In this document: one piece after another, positions 56,758-64,000 of the stretch | Numbering within the stretch: the first letter of the stretch is position 1 | How the letters are laid out: each line of letters opens with the position of its first letter | Assembly: GCA_964035545.1 (NCBI GenBank) | Contig: OZ037767.1 | Span: 9,496,581-9,560,580, forward strand | Origin: Bugula neritina | Taxonomy: Eukaryota; Animalia; Bryozoa | Direction: 5' to 3' | DNA length: 64,000 bases | Notes under the pieces: generated by a model | Seen by the model: only the letters and a program-made list of their open reading frames with translations | Database searches by the model: none | What the model was told of the DNA's origin: nothing | Position numbers and translations under genes: made by a program

Positions 56758-59700
56758 GTCTAGACCCTAGTACCAGTCGCTTTTGTTACCTGTTACAGCA
56801 TGGATCGGCAGACAACCCCGCAAGCCTAGAGCTAAACTTGCTTAGGTAGTTAACCATACCTGTGAACCTTCTACCTTCCTTCTTGTTACAAAGAGGGTTC
56901 AACTCTAGGATGGCTCTAACTTTCTTTGGATCTGGTTTGATGCCAGCCGCACTGACTGCATGGCCTATGAACTTGACTTCTGAGCAGCCAAACTCACATT
57001 TCTCCTTTTTCAGGGTCATTCCTGAAGTTGCTATCCTATCTAAAACTTTACCCAATCTAGCCCAATGTTCAGCTGGTGTGGTGCCGAACACTAACACATC
57101 ATCCATCATACATCTCACTCTCTCTAAGCCAAGCAATATTTTTTCCATAGTTCATTGGAAAAACTCCGGGGCCGAGGAAATGCCAAATGGCATCCTATTA
57201 AAACAAAACCTACCCCATGGGGTTACGAAAGTAATGTACAGTTTACTGGCCTCGTGAATCTTTATCTGCCAAAATCCTGAATTTGCATCTAACTTAGAAA
57301 ACATAATGCCTTCTGCTAGGAGTGTTAGCATGTCAGAGATCCTAGGTAAGAGCTATACTTCCTGTTTGACACTTTTGTTGAGCATTGCTAGGTCAATACA
57401 CATCCTCATCTTACCACCGGGCTTAGGTGCTATAGTCAGGCCCGAGCACCAATCTGTTGGTTGCTCTACCGGTTCTATGATACCTAATTTAATCATGTCT
57501 ATTTAAGCCTTAGCCTGATCTCTCAAACCCACAGGAATTGGTCGGGGAAAGAATAGACGCTTAGGTTGCGCATCTTCGTAGAGATTATTCTTAAATATAC
57601 CAGGTATTGTTCCCAACCCGCTAAATAGCTAGGGGTACCTCTGGAGAGGTCCAAACTCTGCCTTACTTACTGCGTTAACGACTGCCAACAAACTTAAATT
57701 TTTCAATTCCCTCAAGCCCAAAAGGTTTGACTTGGACCCTTTGAGAACATATAAGCAAGCACTAGTTTTCTTGAGCTTACTCTCTAAAAGAACCTCAGCT
57801 TTCCCTGTGACAGAAACCACAAGTTGTCAGCACCTGTCAAAATTTTATCACTCTTGCAGAGATTAAGTGCCAAGGTTTTACAAGTGTTTTCAATGATAGT
57901 AGACACCTCTGCTCCTGTATCCAAAACAAACTTTTTACTTTTACCTTCTACCTTGAGATGTTGCTTTAGTGCGTCAACACCACCATACAGTCAGCTGCTG
58001 TAGTGAACTAGGCTTTGAGTTGAGCATTAACTCTTCACTGATGTTCTTTATTATGTTTTATTATACTTCTATTGACATCCTATTGACATCGTCAAGACTA
58101 CAATTATTGCAATTCAAACTTACATGATCAGGATAAACATAAATAAACAATAAACAAAAAAGGAAACAATATAATTAATGTAAATAACTTACTTATTTTG
58201 CTCTCTTAAAATTACACCAGTTCACTAGCACCAACTAGAGCCAAGTGCCAGAGTTAGCACTGGCTGTGCTGTAGAAAGCTTTTCTTAGTGTAGCTAAAAT
58301 AGCTTAGCAAACTAGCGCTAATTTCACTACAGCTGCTATTAAACCTAACTTTACTAGACCTGGTGTTTCTCTCCCGAGAACTGTCTCTCTCCTCCTAGGG
58401 GGATCTCTACAAAAGATGGTTTTCTCTGCTCGTCGTCTGCTCCCTGTCGAAGCTGCTGTTCCTTCAGCTTCTATAGCTACCTCTTGGAGACTCATGTTTC
58501 ATTCTGCGGGACCTCCGCATTCTGCAATTCTTTGCGATGGGGGCAGGTTGTCCACACACATAACACCTAATTTCCGAGCAGTTCCTGGTCATAAGATCCG
58601 GTTTATAGCAGATGTAACATAGACCATCTGAGCTGCCATTACTACTTTCACTGCTCATTCTTCGTCTCCTGTAGTCTGGAGACTTGTGTTGAGAATAATC
58701 TCGGCTGCTGTCCCTGGACTTGTATCTGTCTCCTTGACTATCTCTATATCTCTCTCTGGAATTACCTCTGGACTTATCCCTAGAATTTTCTCTATACCTG
58801 TTGGACTTAGGGCTCATTGAGCTCTTTCTATATTTACGACTGTCCCTGTCATCATAATGGCTAGACCTATAAGGTGATTCTCCACCAACTCTTTTGGCTG
58901 GTTTAGTTTTGACTTCGGCTATTTTTGCTGAACTATCTACATTATTAGAACCGCCTGATCTAGCCTCTGAGACCACTATGTTGGACTCTATAGCAATGCT
59001 TTTAGTCTTCAAAGTGTCAGACAGTGTCTTTCAGTTGATGTTTTCATCCACCATGAGTTGACGTCTGACTGACTCATCTCTTAACCCTACTACAGCCATG
59101 CTAATGGCAAATCTTTCCCTGAGGTTCTCGACATTCGCTCCTTCCACAAAGCCCAACTTCCTGCTGTGTTTTTCAACACGTAGTAAGTATTCCAGTTCGT
59201 CTTCACCACAAGTTTGAGATAGGGTAGCTGCCTTGACCCAAGCTACATGGATGTTTCCAGTTTTTTCATAGTGGCCTTTTAACCGTTTCAGCGCTTCATC
59301 ATGAGCACCATTATCATTTATTTCAAGATCGAAACCCAGTGATTGCAGAACTTCAATGCCACTGTCGCCAATAGCATTGAGCAGAGCAAGAAACTTGGTT
59401 TCGCCTCTAAACCGGTTGACAGTATCTCCTGACACTGTTTCCGTACCCATTTCAAGGGTTGCTAAACGAACTGCCAGGTTATACTTTACTAACCATTTCT
59501 TAAAGCTATCACTCTGATTCTCCGAGCTCAAGACCAACTTGGGAAACCGGTTGAGATCGGTGAACCTGGTGTTAGTTGCCATTATGACTGTGAGCTGATG
59601 ACACTGAGCGCGATAATCAAATTCAAAATTTTAATTATCAGTAAGCTCGTTATCCCTTAGTTGACTTTAAACTTAATATTAAATTTAAATTTATCAAATT

Positions 59701-59978
59701 TAATATTTTAACCAAATTACGAATAATAATATCAATATTTCACTAACCACTTCTCTAACTTTTACTATTAATATAATCTACACTTCAACTCTCACCAGCA
59801 CCTCTAACTTTAAATCAAAATCAAAATGAAAATCACTCTCGCTATCTAAATAACCTTAACTCGTATTTGTACTCTCTAAATGAACTCTCACTCGTTACTC
59901 CACAAATAATAATTATTGTTAACACTCTGAATAAACTCTCCTCTACTAATAATCTCCCTGCTGCTTTCGCCTGTCAGT

Positions 59979-59996
59979 ATCCTGCCGACTGCGCCA
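59979..59996 (-). promoter_or_regulatory. Primer-binding site complementary to a tRNA-Ser 3' end
   Basis: Minus-strand TGGCGCAGTCGGCAGGAT lies directly after the LTR terminal CA; its complement ATCCTGCCGACTGCGCCA matches metazoan tRNA-Ser 3' ends as I recall them. Confidence 0.8.
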
Positions 59997-60709
59997 TGTA
60001 ATGTAAGGTCCTACTCACTTGACAGTCAGTGTTAGTGTGCAGGCTCTTCGTGGTGTCTTTGTTTCCTTAGTCTGGTATCCAAGCCAGCTTGCAGGCTGGT
60101 CGTTCCAGCTTAAAGAAGAGATTGTGTATATAGAGGGAACTAGTGGTAATGAAACGTAAACTTGCTACCAATGCTTAGGTTAGATTCATTAACTAGTAAT
60201 TTCATTTTCTGCTACTTTACACGACATTGTCATACCAAGAGGTAGTGGATAACTTACACAGTGTAAATATTCTTAGCGTTTGTTCCGAGTAGCACTCATT
60301 TAATTGTTTTGCTTTTTGCATAAGTACGCTATTTATTTATCATCTAGTGAAAGTAACAAAGAAAGTTAATCTCAGAAGACTGAATTTATTTCCACTCATA
60401 AAGACTTACACATTTTGCTGTGAAATTCTGGGCAAACACCAGTGCTACACTTTCATCTCTCTATATAGAGTCTTGGCGAATTAAAATAAAATGAGTTACC
60501 TTCACCTTATCTAGTATTACTGAAAATTAAAATTAATGTATTCAATTCTCTGAGTTTTGTCGCCTTTATTCTCATTGCTAAAGATAATCATAAATTTTGA
60601 AGAGTGCCAAATAGTAAAAAAGACAGATTTTCACATAACTGAAGTTAGTAGTAAGTAGTTTACTGTAGAAACAATGATTAATAGTTTGTTCGATATTTTA
60701 TAGGTCAGT

Positions 60710-61138
60710 ATGAGAATCTGTGCTTTCAATAACTGTCATAATGGAGAGTATAAACGTCGAAAGTTTCGGAAGAACAATCCTGGACAATCAGATCCTTTTA
60801 CTCTCTATACATTTCCACACAAAAGCAAAAAGCAGCTTCTCCAATGGTGTGTTTTAATAAATAAAATAGATGAAGCAGGAAAATTATGGATGCCAAACAA
60901 ACAATCTAGAGTTTGCTCGATACATTTCAAGGATAGTCAGCCAACTGAGCAAAATCCAAATCCAACGCTTCATTTGGGTTACCAATGCACTAAAACTTAT
61001 AATGTAAGACGAACAAAAAACAGTGGTTTTAAAGAAGCAAGTCAAGAAAGAAACAAACGGACAACATGTTCAACAAAGTCAGACGTAGAGCAGAGCCCAT
61101 CCGACAGACATCCTCAGACTCAGGTTCCAGTCAGCTAG
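60710..61138 (+). CDS. THAP zinc-finger domain ORF (probable transposase N-terminus)
   Basis: C2CH signature CAFNNC...FP...W...RVCSIHF...PTL. No DDE domain is recognisable downstream within the window. Confidence 0.75.
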   Translation: MRICAFNNCHNGEYKRRKFRKNNPGQSDPFTLYTFPHKSKKQLLQWCVLINKIDEAGKLWMPNKQSRVCSIHFKDSQPTEQNPNPTLHLGYQCTKTYNVRRTKNSGFKEASQERNKRTTCSTKSDVEQSPSDRHPQTQVPVS

Positions 61139-64000
61139 TTGACCTCTAAATTGTGTTCCACATCATGCTTATTATGTACTGTTTATTATTACCAGTATTG
61201 TTTATTCTTTTACTACTTGTGTGGTTTGTGTTTCACTCATATTTTTCATGTCTTGTATAATTTGTTGTAAAGTTGATGACTGCATAAGCCATAAAGTAAT
61301 AATGTTTGTCTTTTTGGGTGGGAAATGTAGTATAATCGAGTGTTGTATTATAGCTATATAAGCTATTAGAGAAAAGCTCTCATCTGTATAGCTAATTTTC
61401 GATGCATGTAGTGTTTTCACTTGCTCTGTACTATCTAACCAATTTACAGGTCCTACACTAAATAAAATAGATTCACCATAGTACTACAGACTCGAACATG
61501 GCTCCAAATTACTGCACTCAGTCACCCGAACTCTAAGCTGCTTATAGCAAATTTCTTGAAAATTAGCCTAGCTATATTATTATCACGAATATTAACACTA
61601 AATCTGAGGTGTAGAGTGCCTCAATGCTAATTTGCTTTTTGAATTGAATGCATTTGCATCAATAAAAACAAATAATAAATACAACCAACTAGGCAGTAAA
61701 ATAAATGCAAGATCAAAATCTTGGATATGTAGAAAAAAATAACTGCCTAAAGAACAAATTTATGGGCATATGTATACATATTAATATATTTCATGGAAGC
61801 TTGTACATTTGTACTTGACATGACACACAAACGTTGATGCAGCACAAAGTCTAGGGTAAATGAAGTGCAGTGGTCGGAGGTCTCCAGTTGGGGGTGTTAG
61901 TTTCAATATATTATAGCCAAACACTGCGTTCTACGCATTGAACTATAATCTATATAGTTTCAGTTCAGTGGTTCTACGATTCCAACATTGTGCTGCATCT
62001 AGCACTTTTTTCAAGATACAGATTGCCTAAAAGGAGTTGCCCACTTGAAATGTTCGTATTTTAGTCAATCAAATACTAACAGCGATTCCGGTTTTATTGT
62101 TTTGAACTTAGCGTGAGAGCCGTTGTATTTGCAGTTTTAGAAAGTTGTTTCATTGTAAGTCATTGGTAATACTTTTTACTCTTTGTATTAAGTAATAACC
62201 TCAGTCTTTTTAATACTTATTTTGCAGCAGACGAAGGCATATGGTTCAGCTGCCTATGTGCCAGAGTATTAGTAGCTCTATAATAATTAATAAAATTAAA
62301 TGCACCATGAAGTTTATAGTGACAGTCACAGTTTATAATGATAATTATACATATTGATATAGTTATAGTTGAGTTAATGTTACAGCAGTAGCTGTACTAA
62401 AAGTAATAGTAAATCACCAAATGTAATAGTAATATTTAATTTTAAATTTATAGCTATGCTTTAGCTTATGCCTTATACTTATAGTTATAGTAATAGTTAT
62501 TGTTAAATAGTAATACTAATACTCAGTAATAGTTATGGTAATACTGTAACAGTTTAATACTAATAATAATGCTTATAGTAATTATACTAATACTTAAACA
62601 TATAGTAATAGTTCACCTCATTATCATTATGATTATATTTATAATGACTATTTCTATTAGTAAAACTAAACAGTAAATCACTAAATGTATGAGAAACTTC
62701 CTATAACTATAAATGTAATAATAATTATATTTATAATAGCATAACTAATGCTAATACAATTACTATTACTATTAGTGTTATTATTATTATTTACATCGTA
62801 ATTTTTCACTATTAAATTTACATTCAAATTGGTTTTGCTACAAGTATAACTACTACACCAACACTATCTAGAACTATAACATTACATTTAAGTTTAGCGG
62901 ACTAAAGGATTTAGGTTTGTAGATAATCTTAGCTTATAATTATAAATGTGAAAAAATAAATAAACATGTTTATAACAATATAAAAATTAAGTACTTCTAA
63001 TTCTATTTATAATTATATTATAATTATTAATATTAGTAATAGTTTAAATTAGTAATGTTATTATAATATTACTACTTTTACTAGTTGTGTTATAGCTCAT
63101 AAGCAATGTATTATATTTATTGGTTAACTTTAGTAATTAGTTGATTGTCTTTCCATCTATTTTTATATTTAATTTTATCATGATTATTATAATGATAATA
63201 ATTATGACCATCATTACATGTACTGTAAGTGTAACAGGATTACTATTAGTATTACTATTTACTAAAAAGATTGTAATTATGGTCATCATTCACATTTATC
63301 AGTTCATGTGGGTTACTTTTACTTGAGGGTAACTGAGATTCCATCATCTTTAGTTTGAGATTTATATCAGTTACCTATATTATTATATATTATGTTTATA
63401 TGGGCAGGTGTTTTATATAATTTTGCTACAGAAAAAACTCCTCCGTTAAATTTAAGTATTCTATAGCTCAGCAAACAGATAATAACTTGCAGATGGTGCT
63501 GGCTAGTAAAATAGAGAGAGAGGATTCAAACAGATAAAATAGACAACTCAAGCTACAGCATGTGTTAAGGTCAATTCCATGTCATTAAGGACGGGTTTTC
63601 GGCTAAAAATAGAGAAACAGTGGCATCATGCACATACTTTTCAATTACTAATAATAATAATTGATATGCAAGAATAAGATATTGCAATATAAATTTAATA
63701 TTTGATTGTTTATTAGATAATACTATTAATAATGTGTTTGTATATACAAGTCTATGTCTATAGGTGATTTAATCAATGCATTTTAATTATTTGAAACTAT
63801 TTCTCACGTTGAACTATTATTCAAGATCACTTTGAAATGGTCACTTTTTGTATATATCATACTCTAACTATTTATGATGCTATGCTGTACTATATTATTT
63901 TGGATGACAAATGCCAGCTTGTGTTTTAGAGTTGTCTATGTAAGTTATTTTAAATAATGCCAAAACTCTTAATATCATTTCTATGAGTTTGTTTCTGGCT

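Larger units (their letters stand above)
52824..60107 (-). mobile_element. Ty3/Gypsy LTR retrotransposon (decayed) with an additional ORF after pol
   Basis: 5' LTR 60107-59997 (internally deleted) and 3' LTR 53026-52824 (TGGAAT...ATTACA); 6 mismatches over the 108 shared bp. PBS 59996-59979; G-rich PPT 53042-53027; gag 59582-58464 with two degenerate knuckles; PR VLDTGAEVS (about 57920); RT MMDDVLVFG; RNase H (IEKEALA, VETDHKPL); integrase (GHRGITKC, RSDNGP). PR-RT-RH-IN order indicates Gypsy. Confidence 0.93.

Noticed and set aside
61836-61999. Small MITE with a 12-bp inverted repeat GATGCAGCACAA
   Set aside because: No TSD and no second copy in the window; insufficient support.

Overview
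AT-rich genomic DNA from an invertebrate animal (species not determinable from the sequence). The left 35 kb holds five spliced genes that I assembled by hand from GT-AG junctions: the 3' half of NVL (AAA+ ATPase, +); an unusual sigma-like GST gene (-); DNAJA1/2-type Hsp40 (-); an NPAS4/dysfusion-like bHLH-PAS factor (+); and an SLC25A42-like mitochondrial CoA carrier (-). The GST gene splices into one 452-aa ORF: an MGCxxS acylation motif, a P/T/A/Q linker, a GST domain with His in place of the catalytic Tyr, then a second GST domain. The right 29 kb is mostly decayed and nested transposable elements: LINE fragments, tRNA-derived SINEs, MITEs, a decayed SAP-SWIM-YqaJ/THAP (ISL2EU-like) DNA transposon split by a Ty3/Gypsy element that itself carries a hAT MITE, and a pol-less LTR element. 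Both LTR elements carry an extra non-env ORF just before the 3' LTR (zinc-binding module plus coiled coil). The best candidates for something undescribed are the putatively lipid-anchored single-chain tandem GST and these accessory zinc-finger ORFs. All family assignments rest on motif recognition, not database searches.
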